From: Zygnema circumcarinatum SAG 698-1b
Lineage: Eukaryota > Plantae > Zygnematophyceae
Reading direction: 5' to 3'
DNA: 64,000 nt
NCBI GenBank assembly: GCA_037447605.1
Contig: CM074806.1
Coordinates: 4,402,001 to 4,466,000 of the forward strand
Of the stretch, positions 42,877-58,264 are shown piece by piece. A program made the position numbers and the translations under genes. The first letter of the stretch is position 1. Each line of letters opens with the position of its first letter. Below the pieces are notes generated by a model. The model was not told the DNA's origin, searched no databases, and was given only the letters and a program-made list of their open reading frames with translations.

Positions 42877-45800
42877 ATGAGTCGACAGGAGGGCCCTCAC
42901 AAGGCCCTGGATGCGCAGCACACGCTTCAGGCTGCGCAGGGCAGCCAGGAAGCGTTTGAGGTCGCGGCTTGTGCAGCAGGAGGATGGAGTGTGGAGCTTG
43001 AAAGGGGGCTGCGCTCCAATAAACCAGGTGAAGGCTTGTGTAGTGCTTTTTTTTTTTTTTTGAGCATGTGTCTGAGTCATCCTGTAATTTGGCCCTGTTG
43101 CGGCATGTTCAACAAGTTAGGGAGTCATGAATCTCATAGACTATAGCCAACTCTGTTCAACAATTAAGCTCACTTTGAGAATTTAGTAAGCAGGCATTGC
43201 AGTTCCTCCGGTGAACTTGGACCTGTAGCTTAAAATTGGCCCTAAATACTCATCCTAAATAATAATCCTGAATACCTAATCTTCTCGATAAGCGAGCCCT
43301 CTCGTTGACTTGTTACGCTATCCGCCCTTCATTGTTGGGTTGAAGGAGACTTTTTTTCTCTCAGTCATGCTGCTCGTACTTTCCGCATTTGATGATATTG
43401 CATTGTTTTCTCAAATCCGTTGTCCATGGCCTGAAAATGATGGAGATCCTCGTGCCTTGGAATTGCATTTTTAGGAGCTCAAATCGAAGCTATTTTTCGA
43501 CTCGGTCCTCGACTTGCAAGATGGGGCCTTGAGCCGCCTTTATCTCCGGACCTCGCAAGTCTTGCAAATACAGAAGCAAGCTCCGACTTGGCCCTAGCCA
43601 ATGCCCTCGTTCTTCGTCTTGTCGACACGTTTAGGACAGGCACAAACTCTATACGCCTTTGCATTCTCAAAACCTTTTTGCAACACCTTTACGCCCAACT
43701 ATCGACCACAGACATGAAATATTTACGCGAATCAGCAGTTGATTCTGACAGATATGGGACTTGGTCTCAAGATTCTGTCATATATGAGGGTGAACTTGAC
43801 AAAGGTGTGAGAGGAAGTATGAGGAGAAAAGGGGGCCTTCTGGACCCTGGGAAGCTTCTGAACCCTAGCTTGGTTTTGAAGAGGGTTAAGGCTGTGCTTG
43901 TAAGCCCTGATTCGACTGCTCGAGCCCTCGCTTTTCGCATGATCGGATGTATGGCTCATCTAGCATCGGATGCCATCGACATCCATCGCCTTGTTATGGA
44001 TGGCCTCAACTCTCCCCATACGCATGAGGTCAGTCTCAAATTGCATTGTTCACTCGCTTTTCATTCTTTTAAATCTTCTTTCCACAACTGGAACAAAGAA
44101 AATAAAAAGTTCAAACTGTTTCCTTTTACTTTCAGGTGGAAGGTGCCTTTTTCGCGGCTTCTTTCCTGTCGCAAACCTCTCCCTCATTCGCAGATGCTCT
44201 TTTGGGAAAGCTTGAAACCTTTCTATTTCAGCGCCAAAAGCTGTGGCCCTATCGAGCCCGTGCCATTTGGCTCCTTCTGCACATGCATGGAGAGGCTTCT
44301 CGAGCTTGTGCAGCCCACCAAGTGAGTAAGTTCATTCGTTTGTGCCCTTAACAGCTCTCGCCCACTCTGTACAGTCCGCTCTAGGCTTAGGGCAAACTGC
44401 ACATTGTTCCCTTTTTTTCTTTTCGAAAGTTTGATTTCCAATTCTATGTGTGCAGATTGGAGAGCTCCTTTTGAAGAAAGAGCCGGACTCTAACACTGCA
44501 ACACTTGTGATCCAAACATTGACTGTTCTTGCCAAACGGTCACTTGTTACAATTCACAAACAGGTATCTCTCTCTCTCTCTCTCTCGTTTCCCTTCTCTC
44601 TTTCGTTGCCCTTCACACTCTCCCATTACCCTTCTCTCTCTCTCGTATGTACTGAAATTATTGTAGATTATCATTATTATTTTTTTCATCTCTAAGAGCT
44701 TTGTCTACTATTTCCTTCCTTTGTCTTCTTTCTTTTTTTGCTATCCCAGCAATTTACTATTTCTCTCGCTGACTTCCTTATTAATGGTTTCCTTTCACCC
44801 CAGGCCCCTCTTTTACTCACTTTCATTGCGTCCGAATCTCGAACTAGGGTTCGAGAAACAGCTCTAAAAGGCCTTCAATTCTTGGCTCCGTCAATACTTT
44901 GGATGGGAGAATTTCATCCTTATGATCTGAATCCTCTTGTTATTGTCGTATTATCGGATCCACCGGCAGACATTTTGAAGCTTTGTCTTGATATACTTTT
45001 CACTGTAAGGACATACCATTTTAAAACGAAACTTGTTTTACATCTTTAAAAACATTCAGGTCATTCAGGTCTCAGATTTCAGCCAAAATTGCCAGTCAAC
45101 AAATATGATTAATATAAGCTTTCTTCTAATGCTGCATTCTCATTTCGAATGTCTCCTTCTTCAGCTCTCTCGCTCCGCAGTCATTTTGAATCGGCTGGCA
45201 ACTATGTCGGAACTTCTCAGCTCCCTTGAAGGCCTATTGCTGCATCCTGATTGGTCAGTAGCACTGCCAGCTGTCAAGTTGTTACTGCGTCTCTTGGAAA
45301 TATGTGGAACCTCAAAACATGCAGACCAAGAAAAGAGTGGGAAGAAATTTCTTCTCTCAGATCAGCACAAGTGGGACGTTTCTTCATTAAGAGTCCCACT
45401 AGCTATGGACATAGACAACAATCCCCAAGTGCTGCAAGTGAAAGTGGAAAAGGGAGAGGGGGAGGGAGGTGTTGGTGGTGGGATGGAGGAGGGAGAGGCT
45501 GCAAATGAAGGGAGCGACCTGAAATTGGAAACAAGCAGGGAGGATTTATCTGTGAGGATTGGGATGATATTATGTGAACGGCTGGTACAGTTTCTTCATA
45601 AAGCAGCCCAGAATTCACAAAGTGGAAAAGGAAATAGAAAAAAGGTACCGATGAATCCTTATGGTAGTGAAGATATTGGGTTGAGGAAAGATCGAGGTGA
45701 TGGGCCAGAAAATGTGGAAATCAAGCAAGTTCTTTTTTTTCTAAGCCGTGTTGTGAGAGTGAGCTCAGATGTAGCAGACATAACAGCAGATTCTTTACTT

Positions 45801-48216
45801 AGTCATATGGAGTTTTTGGCCAATGAAGGGAGAGGAGTCGGAGACGTAGTTGGGGATCAAAAGCAGCCAAAGGAAGAAAAGTTGGTAAAGGAAAATGCGG
45901 GAGTGACAGGAGGTGCAAATGCGAGTTTGAATGGCAGGAAAGGAGCGAGAGAGGGAGAGAGTTCAACAAGGGAAGAGAAGGAGAAAGGGAATGTATTGGG
46001 AGGCCTTTGCAAGGCTGCAGTCATGTGTGTGGAGATGGCTTCTGAAAAAAGTGAGCCACGCTTTAAAAACATAGTGGAAACTTTAGAAAAGTGGGATTTT
46101 TCCGGTGAAATTTTACTCAGCATACTTTCTTCACTGTATTCCTTTTTTGGAAACCTGAACAAGTCATTAAGCGAGGGGAAAATTTCTGGGCATTCTGGAA
46201 AGCTAGTGAGTGGAGGAGGAGGAGGAGGAGGGAGGAGAGAACAGTGGGAGGGAGGGGAAAGAGAGAGGAATAGCAACAACAAAAATTGGTTGGAGGAAAG
46301 AACAGCCATTCTATTGCATAAGCTGCTTGATTCGAATAAGTTTTGGCAGGCTTATAGAGCTGCTAGACTCGCTTCTATGAACGGAATTTGGAGCGGAGTA
46401 GCTGAAGTATATGGGCTTTTAGCCAAACAAGTGGAATCTGAGGCTGCAGGCCTTTGGCTGCAAGCCTTGAAATTAACAGCAGAAGTGGACAATATATTCA
46501 GTAGAGAAAGGCCGAATGCAAATCCTAAAGATGGGACACTGTTAGGTAGTAAACTTCCTAGAACGGACATCGAAACAGTCGACGGTGACGGAGTTTCAGA
46601 GATCCATGCACGTGAGCAGTTAAGAATGGCCATCGTGGGGCTCCATGGTGCTGTGACTCAGTTAGCCGTAAACTGTAACGGTGGACAAGGAAATGTGGCA
46701 TTCCAGCTGCATTTCTTAGAATTGAAATTACGGTTTTTTTCCTGTGTGAAACTGGCAACAGATATTGTAAATTCTGGAGGGCTGAAAGCTGGGAGTGATA
46801 GTGAGGGGAAATTCAGTCGACCCCATTTAGGAAAAGGGAAAATGGACGAGGAAAACGACAATCCCCCAATATACAGTAGATCGGCTTTAAGAAAGGGAGT
46901 GATAAGAGTGTGTATTGTACAGCTTAATCACTTAGCTTATGATTATGAGATGGTAGCTGCTTCATATCTGGGCATGGATCGAGATAGTCGGAGGGATCTG
47001 CTGAGAAGAGCAGAAACTTGCCGATACTTGGCACGATATGCTGCAATTTTAACTGAAAATGTTGAAGATTTTGGAGAAGCGGCTGGCCCGTTGGTTGGAG
47101 AGAGGGAGAGGATGTTTGCGGGAGAAAGGGTGGGAGAGGGAGAGGAACAGGAGGGTGAGAGAGGCGGTATGAGATCGGGAGAAAGCAGAATGGATGGGAA
47201 CGCTGGAGGGATGCAGGTAGAGGAGGAAAGGGGGAAACGAGAGGTGAGAGAGGAGGAGAGAGGCGAAGATATGAAGCTTAGGAAGTGTGGATATGAGTTG
47301 GAAGCGGTTGGATCTTTTCGAAAGAGGAGGAAGAGGAGTATTGCTATTGGAGAAGAGAGATATGGAAGTCTTTTAGGGTTTGTTGAGAACGCCATAGCTG
47401 CATCTGCTGCAAGTTCCCACCTCCCCCCTTTCTTCTTTGTGTGCCGGTAAGTTCGATCATATTGACATCATATTTACAATGTACTTAACTGCTGCATAGT
47501 CCTCTAAGGGACAAACTTATGCTGTTTCTTATTCTTCGTCTTATTCTTAGTACCTTTCTTGCAGGCCCCGGCCTACCGTGAACCTAACTCTTGCTATTAC
47601 TCGAGGAGCTACTGCCAACGAGTTTCGAGTTGCACCTGGAGAAGGCCTGCCGCTAAGTATTGGAGCCCAAATTCTAAACCCTCCCAAACCCACCTTGCAT
47701 ACAGGAGCCACTCTCTATGTAAGACTTTCCCTATACTCTCCGTCGGATGCTGCTGTAATGGCTGATCATGGAGCTCTCCTTCTTAGAACCTTCCACGAGT
47801 GGGAACAGGTCGGGTGGGATGCCGAGAATTTGGCTAAGGGGTCGGCGAAGGCTGCTAGTGAGAAAGAGGATGACCCCTCTCATACTGGAAGCGATGGTAA
47901 TGTTGTAGGCAAGCGGCCGTTAGGAGCCCCAAGTTGTGAAGGAAAAGGAGGGAGGTCGAGGGAGGAGGAGCTTGAAGGAGCTCTCTTCAGTAATGAAAAG
48001 CGGAGGGGTGTTGCGGAGAGTGTTGTGAGGGCGCCTATGAGTGCCACGTGGCATGCTGTGGGCCACTGTGTGCTTGGAACAGAGGAGGTGGAGGAGGGCG
48101 TCTATCATGTGCTCTTCCAAGCGGTGCTTGTGCTCGGGGAGAGTGGGGGGAGGGAGCAGTGGTCAATTCCCATAAGCCAAAAGAGGGCTGTAGTCAAGTT
48201 GACCGTCGGGCGATGA
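42877..48216 (+). CDS. INTS7: Integrator complex subunit 7
   Basis: Exon 1 42877-43027 (AACAAGGWSVELERGLRS), exon from ~43475 (ANALVLRLVDTF..ARALAFRMIG..DIHRLV..S), short exons at 44.1-45.0 kb, a large exon ~45164-47447 (KFWQAYRAAR..GIW) and last exon ~47565-48216. The N-terminal motifs match plant INTS7. Internal junctions are approximate. Confidence 0.8.
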
Positions 48217-48372
48217 CTGGTGGGGACGTGGTTGGCGTTTAGAGCATGAGACATGGAAGTCATAAAAGCCATGTTGCATGTTGGGGCCTAAAGCTGTTGT
48301 TTGGTGATCGGTTGTTTGTGGGGATGATTGGTCCCAAGTTTTGATTCATGAGAAAGTATGTCAATTGCCACC

Positions 48373-48625
48373 GTCCCTTCCCCTCTGTCCCTCCCCCTCC
48401 CTCTCCCTCTGCCCCTCCCCCTCCCTCTCCTTCTGCCCCTCCCCCTCCCTCTGCCCCTCCCCCTCCCTCTCCTTCTGCCCCTCCCCCTCCCTCTGCCCCT
48501 CCCCCTCCCTCTCCTTCTGCCCCTCCCCCTCCCTCTCCCTCTGCCCCTCCCTCTCCCTCTGCCCCTCCCTCTCCCTCTGCCCCTCCCCCTCCCTCTCCCT
48601 CATCCCCTCCCCCTCCCTCTTCTCG
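48373..48625. repeat. C-rich minisatellite built from 6-bp blocks (CCCTCT/GCCCCT/CCCCCT) in 12-24-bp units
   Basis: Directly visible tandem repeat downstream of INTS7. Confidence 0.9.
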
Positions 48626-49939
48626 CCCTCAGCCGTCTTCCTCAGATGTTAACTAACCAAAAAACAAAGAAATAACCATGAGTAAAAAAGGAGTAATCCA
48701 ATCAATGAATCAACCTCCATAGTGAAACTTAATGAAACCACGAACCCTGAGAAAGGCACTGCGGGGTCCCAAAAAGTCATTTTCCATAAAAATAAAAACA
48801 AAATAAAGTTGCACCAGCAATGAAATTGTTTATGGTACGGTTCGTGGCAATTTTCAATGCCACCGTCAGCGAGAAACCACTAACGGAAAACCTCCGCTGA
48901 TTGACTCCGGGTTTTCTGGATCCGTACAAGTTTTCACCTTTTCAGATACCGTACGGACCATTATTTTGTACACGATCTCAGCCGTTGAATCTGGCCCACA
49001 AACCAACCAGATCCCTCCGATCTCGATTTATTTGTACGGACGCACGTACGAAATTTTTGTACAACAAAATTTCCGGCAAAAACGAGCTCCGTAGGACGGA
49101 TGGGGCACGCACGGGCAGCCGTTTGTTTTTTTGTGCCCGGTCACGTCACGCCTGATCCTCCACCAATGGGAGCGCTCTGAAGGAAACGTCTTATTACATT
49201 ATTGCTCCCACACTGCAGAAAAACTTTGACTGTTTAAAAAACATTTTATTCCGCCTTACGCCCACAAAAAATACGGAATTTGACTCAAGCCAACAATCGC
49301 CGTGAAGTAATATTAACAAAATTACTTCTCAAATTTTTTTTGTCTGCCCGGAGAAACAAGCAAGTACAGTCCCAATCCAGACGATTTATTTTTTATTTTT
49401 TAGGGTTTGGATGGGGAAGCACATTCTCTCCCCATCTTCTCCCCTCCGTCATCGTTTCCTCCTCCCTCTCTCTCCCTCCCTCCCTCTCTCTATCCCGCCC
49501 TCCCACTCTCGCTCCCCCGGCAGCCATGGCAGCATAGCTGCAGCATCACCCGCCTCCTGTACCAGGTGACGCTCCGCCATGGCGCCAACTTGCTCCCAAG
49601 AATGCTGAGCTGATCTGCTCCATCTGCCATGGCATATCTGGTTTAGGGTTATTCATCTCCTGTCTGAGGCCAGCTATTCTCTCTGCTCGTCACGTGGCAG
49701 TAGGAGGTTCCTTCTCTGCAATCCTTTCTTGCCTTAGGAAACTTTTTAGGGTTTGCTCCTCTGTGATATCTGCCAGCTGGCGCCGGCACTGCTTGGCAGA
49801 AGAAGGAGAAGAGTAGGAGGAACGCAGAGTAAACGCAGGCACGCGCATCCGGCAGAGAGATAGCTATAGAGAGAGAGGGGGACGGAGGAGAGAAGAGAGA
49901 GGGAGAGAGTGAGGGAGGGGCAGAAGAAGAGGGGAGAAG

Positions 49940-52896
<2,957 letters not shown>

Positions 52897-54016
52897 TGAT
52901 AGGGGGGGGAGAGAGAGGGGGGGAGCGAGAGAGGCGGAGAGAGAGCGAAAGACAGAGAGAGAGAAGGGGAGAGGGGGGGGGGGGTTGGGTTCCTAGCACT
53001 GCCTCTTGAAGGGGCCTCATTCTCTGGAGTTGCACTTGCACTGTGTGGGGATGTTCCTCTAGCCAAAATTTGCAGAATCGTCTGGGCATATCTCCTTTTT
53101 TCGAGGCACTCCGTGCTCAGCTAATGGACCAACTCAGTCCTAATGACAGAGTCCGTGTGTTCTGGGATGGGCTAGGAGTGGGAGTGGACAGGTGGGATGG
53201 GGTGAGAGAGGAGTTGCAGAGAGAGGGAGTGCAGTGGGATTGAGGTTGGGAGTGGGAGTGGAAGAATGGTAAAGATGGAGCTGGAAAGTGATCCAAAAGG
53301 CAGCGTTTGAGAGTGGTGGAGAGGGAGGGAGAAAGAACGCGCACTTGCACGAGAGAGAGAGAGAGAGAGGGGGTGGGGAGAGAGTTTTTTGAAGCTCGTT
53401 TGCAACAATGTGACTAGCCGTTCAACTTCAATTTGTGAATGGAAGTTATCCGCTTATCCGTTGTTCGGTTTATCCGTTGTGGGCAACTTTGATGTTACTT
53501 TGGGAGATAATAATTTAATCACTTTGCCCTTACCTTGATTGACTGTGTTACGAGTCGTCGGTGGGGTCCTGTCCTGTCCATCTTCCTCTACTTATTCTCT
53601 CTCCCTCTCGCCCCCTTTTTCCCCCTCTCCCTCCCTCTCCCTCTTCTCCCTCTCCCCTTTGGCGCTGTGGACCACAGGTTGTGAAAGTATAAACAATGCT
53701 TCGAGGTGCTTCAAGCCAAACCTGGTTGGAGTCTGTAAACTTGCTAGATAGGATGTACGCGTGTCAAACCAGGATTGGTCATGTAATTACATATATTAAG
53801 GATACTCTCCATAGAGTCCCAGCAGTAGTCCAAAAAACCAGTTTGTATGATAATTTTTACTTTTTATTTTACTGAGGGTCAACTCTCAACAGAGCCCCAG
53901 CAATGGTCCAAAAAAATAAAATCCATCACAATTTTTATTAAGGAGTGGGACTGAGGGGCTACAATTGAGAATAGTAGCTTTAACGTAAAGAGTCTGAATG
54001 AGTAAAATTTGGCCCT

Positions 54017-55486
54017 TTATTTAGCCACAAAGGACGCCCCGCATCCACAGGCAGATGCCGAATTAGGGTTAGCAACAACCTGCAAATTAAAAGTCAAAAA
54101 ACATTGTTTAATTTCATATTCATTTACTATTAGACAAGTACTTCAAATACTTGCCCGACAATTCCCTCCCTCTTCACTTCCCTCCCGCCGGCCCCTCTCC
54201 CTCTCTCCCTCCCTCTCTCCCTCCCTCTCTCCGACGACATGATTGTATGCTCATTCCCGCACAGAACTCACTTGAAATGACGAGCGAATCAACTCCTCCG
54301 AGAAGTCAACAGTCGCTCCTTTCACAAAAGAATATGAAAGTTCGTCTACCAGCAGTTTGGCTCCATCCTTCTCAAAAACTCTGTTCAGAATTTCAATATC
54401 AAAGTGAAAGGTTAGGAAGGCAACATAAAGGCTTCCTTATCCTTTTGAAGTTCTTTGGACTTGGATCTTCGTAACCACTTCTAATCCCCTCAGACAAAAG
54501 AAATCGCTGATTCGTACTCCGCGGCTACATTGAAAGCGAAAAGAGTTTTGAAACAGGTGCACAAAACCTTAATTTATTTTTTAAACTTAAGGCAAGACAC
54601 CCCTATTTTCAGCTCATCAGCTATTGGTCTTCCATGTCTAGCACCCCCTCGCCCTTAAACTCAATTCAAAAGTAAGCGCAAAAGCAAGTTGGAATCTCAC
54701 CTGTCGTCAGCCTTCGGTCTTGAGTCTAATGAAAAGGAGTATTGAAACCCAGAGCAGCCCCCTCCTTCAACGCTCAGCCGCAGAATCACAGGCTCTCCAG
54801 ACGGACCCTCTTGCTGCAACTCATGAAGCCTCTGCAATTCCACAAAAAAGATCTCACCACCTTTTCGACAAGCAGAACGATGAAGCCGATTATGGGTGAT
54901 CTGCCTTTTGACATAAAGTACTTTTTCTGAGTTAAAAAGGCAGGCTCCTTATTTCCTAGAGAAGAACAGTGTGAAGCTCGGCTCTGTCGCTTCATCTCCT
55001 TCTTCCCGACTCTTTCCCTTTCTCTCTTTCTCGCTCTTTCTCTCTCCCTCTCTCTCTAACTCTCTCTTCTGCCTCTTCCACACTACCACTTTTCACTACT
55101 ATCTCTCGCATTCAAATGACTTTCCACACATGCATACACACAGCCCATTTTGCTTATTGAGTTGTTCAAAGCAATCTTCTCTACAGAAATCCAATGTAAA
55201 AAAGCGACAGCTGGCTCACCCGGGCACAGCTATCCGTCAGAGTCACCCCCTCACCCTCTCCCGCTCCCTCCCTCTCCTCCTCCCCCTGTACAGCATCACT
55301 TCTCTCCGTCGCATCGCCATGCCTCCTCGCCTTTATCTCGGCCTGCACACATCGCCATGGCTGTGGCCTCCATGGAGCTTCCAGCCATGGCTGCCTTGCA
55401 GGCCCTGAAGAAACGTGAAGCCCCCTCCTTAGAGCGGCCATGGCTGCCATCATACCATCTGCGGCAAAGGAACGAGCAGCAGACAT
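54017..55486 (-). CDS. ISCA2: Iron-sulfur cluster assembly protein IscA-like 2 (mitochondrial), 4 exons
   Basis: Exons 55486-55220 (..VTLTDSCAR), 54831-54701 ([15 protein letters not shown]), 54380-54272 ([35 protein letters not shown]), 54079-54017 ([14 protein letters not shown]). Three exons are absent from the ORF track. Confidence 0.93.
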
Positions 55487-55815
55487 GGCTGCTCAAGGGA
55501 GGTGGGGGAGAGGGAGAAAGAGAGGGAGGAGAGAGAGTGAGAGGGCGCCGCAAGGATCGGAAGAGGGAGGGAAGGGCGAGAAGGGGAGATGGAGGGAGGG
55601 ACACGAGACGTAGGAAAGGATACAGGGAGGGCGAGGGAGAAACCCTAATTTGGAAGTTGAGAAGTTTCTTCGTAACTTTCACGCTTTAATGAGCCACGAA
55701 GCTTCTCCGCAGCTTCGTCCCGGCATACGAGGCGCCATGGATTTTCTTCGTATGAGCAGCTCTCCATCGAAACTTCAACTGCTGTACGGAGTCGCCAAGT
55801 GGCCTTCCCTCAGTG

Positions 55816-57755
55816 ATGGCTACTGGGCTCTCTGTCAGGCCTTCAGCGCTTCTTCCCAGCAGCTCCTTCAAGCAGCCATGGCTGCCGAGGAGAGAGAGCT
55901 TCCATCTCCAACAAAAGAAAGGAAAAGAGTTAAACAAAGAAAGGACCACAGACCCATTTATCAAAACAAGTTTTTCTCGCAGTTTGTCATCAGGATTAAG
56001 GCTCTCACTCATATCACATGCGTTAAACGAGCGACGGCAATGTGGGCTGTGTGAATTGGAAAAAAGAGAGAGCAACAATGGAAGAGCAACTTTTAAGGTT
56101 AGGTCAAGTAGGGAAGAAGCGGGGGGTGGGAGGAAGGAGGAGCTTCAAGAAGGAAAAATAATAGGATCCATGTCGACGGCAGAAGAGCAGAGGGAGCCAT
56201 GGTTAGTCCGAGTGACTGTCGATGCCCTGACGGAGGGGTTGCGTCTGTTGGGCGTTGGGAGGTAATGTAGATACGAATAATCTACTGAGCTCATTAATAT
56301 TAAATAATTCTGCGATTGCAATAGTATTGATCTGCTTAACCTAATTTAATTATGTGTATGTGTCCATTATTTTCCGAAAAATATTACTAACCTATCTCTC
56401 CCCCCCCCCCCCTCCTCCCCCCCTCCTGATTTCTTTTGCATGTTGCGTAGATTGCCCGCCGTGGAGAAAGTGGCAGAAGAAGCGGTTTTTGCAGCAAATA
56501 TTTTGGAGGCAATACGCGCAGATTACGAGGAAAGAGCGTATTTTCTCACTGGTGAGAGATTTTTTTTCACCTATTTCAGGTCGAATTCATTGACAAGTTT
56601 GCCCTCCATATGATCACTTCTCTGAATCTTTTTGCTGAACTTTTTGGAGTGCTTGTGTGAATGTAATGCAGGGAACATAACGGACAGCATATATGCAGAG
56701 GACTGTTATTTCGGCGATCCGACCGTTAAATTCACAGGTAACTGCGGTTCTTTTTGCTACTAAAAATGGGTCAAATCGCAACCAACTTTGCAGGTTCAGT
56801 TTTTTTTTTCTTCAGTTTTTAGCTTTCCTTTGCGTTTTGTTAATTGAATGTATTCTGAGGAGTGAGGAAGAGTTTGTGAGTGCAGGGAGGGAGAGATGGA
56901 AAAGCAACATCCAGCTATTGGTGCCCTTCTTTTTGGAGCCTTCTATTGAACTAAAGGACATTCAAAGGGTGTGTTAGTTATAATCCCAATCATTTCAAGA
57001 GCCTCAAAAGACTTTCAATGCGAAAAGTATTGCGAGAACAATGTTCAGTTGATTAATAAACAATGAGTAATAAAACGATGAGTAAATTTGTTAAATTAAA
57101 ATTTGAGTATGGCGGTTGATAACCTTCTTTTTCAGGTCGATGAGGAGGACAGAAGCTCCCTCGTGGTTACTCAATGGAGGCTCCGGTGAGGTGGCATTAT
57201 GCCCTTCACCTTTTTTTTTTTTTTTTTGTGCAAATATTAGCTTTTGATAAAGTAAAGACCTAAGTCCTCTTCTTATTATTTTTGTTCACTGTAATTTTCA
57301 GGACATATTTACGGTTCCCCTGGAGGCCTCTCATAGACATCAACGGGTCCACCGTTCACACCCTCGATGCCTCCAAAGTCAAAGTACAAGATCCCTCAGC
57401 AGAACCCTAAAAGCCTTCATTTGTATTTTTTATTCTTTTTCCTAACCAAACCGTTTATATGTGCGGGTGTGCAACTGGCCGTTGAGCAGACAGCCTTAAA
57501 CTTCAGCTGAGACTGGTTCACTGTCCAATTGCTGTTAAGGGGCAGGGCTGTGGCCAAGTCTGACCTTACTTCTGCCCATCTCCTTCTCTCGTTTCTCCTC
57601 AATCTTTTTGTTTATTTATTTGATTTTGCCTTCATTATGTGGAGGGATGTCAGGTGGTCCGACACGTTGAGAGTTGGGAAGTTTCCGGAGTGGCAGCCAT
57701 AGCCCAAATGTTCGTCCCCTCCTCAAAGGCAGTTTGGCCCCCTCGCAAGTCCTGA
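55816..57755 (+). CDS. DUF2358 / SnoaL-like (NTF2-fold) protein, probably plastid-targeted, about 7 exons
   Basis: Spliced peptide: ..[82 protein letters not shown]..*. Last exon 57654-57755. Confidence 0.88.
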
Positions 57756-58264
57756 CCCATGCCATGCCATGCCATGGGGGTGGCCCTAAGCACCATGGGC
57801 TGCTTATCTCCCCACACTCAGGACGGCTCCCTGTTTTTAAAAGCATTCATTTGGATGACAGTTTAGCTAGTGCATGTATAGCATGTCCCTCCCTCGATGT
57901 ATTTAATTTCTTTGTAAAACTTCTTATGGTATTGTAAATGGGTACGCATGTTTCCTTTACGAAAACTGTTCCATGATAGGATGCAACCCTTTTATCACAT
58001 GACATGGTGATGTACATGAGTGGGCATGCTGTGAAGGTCATGATATCATGACAGCTGTCGAGTAGTATCATTACCTCAATCAGACAATTACAGGTAGATA
58101 AATGTCAAAATATACGATACAGCAACACCTGACACCCAAGAACTTCAAAGGAGTATCCGGCCTTTGGAAGCCCATAAGAAGATCTGAAAGCTAATCGAGC
58201 TCATAATTAGAGCAAACAGGCCCTTGGGCAATTCCGATCCTCTCTCTCACCATTTACGCCCCCC

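Noticed and set aside
48341-48675. Extensin-like ORF (SAPPPPSP)n
   Set aside because: No signal peptide or splice context. All three frames are open because of the C-rich minisatellite.
53775-53985. Possible Harbinger/Tourist MITE remnant (duplicated AGAG(T/C)CCCAGCA..GTCCAAAAAA ends)
   Set aside because: The termini are too degenerate and no TSD could be defined.
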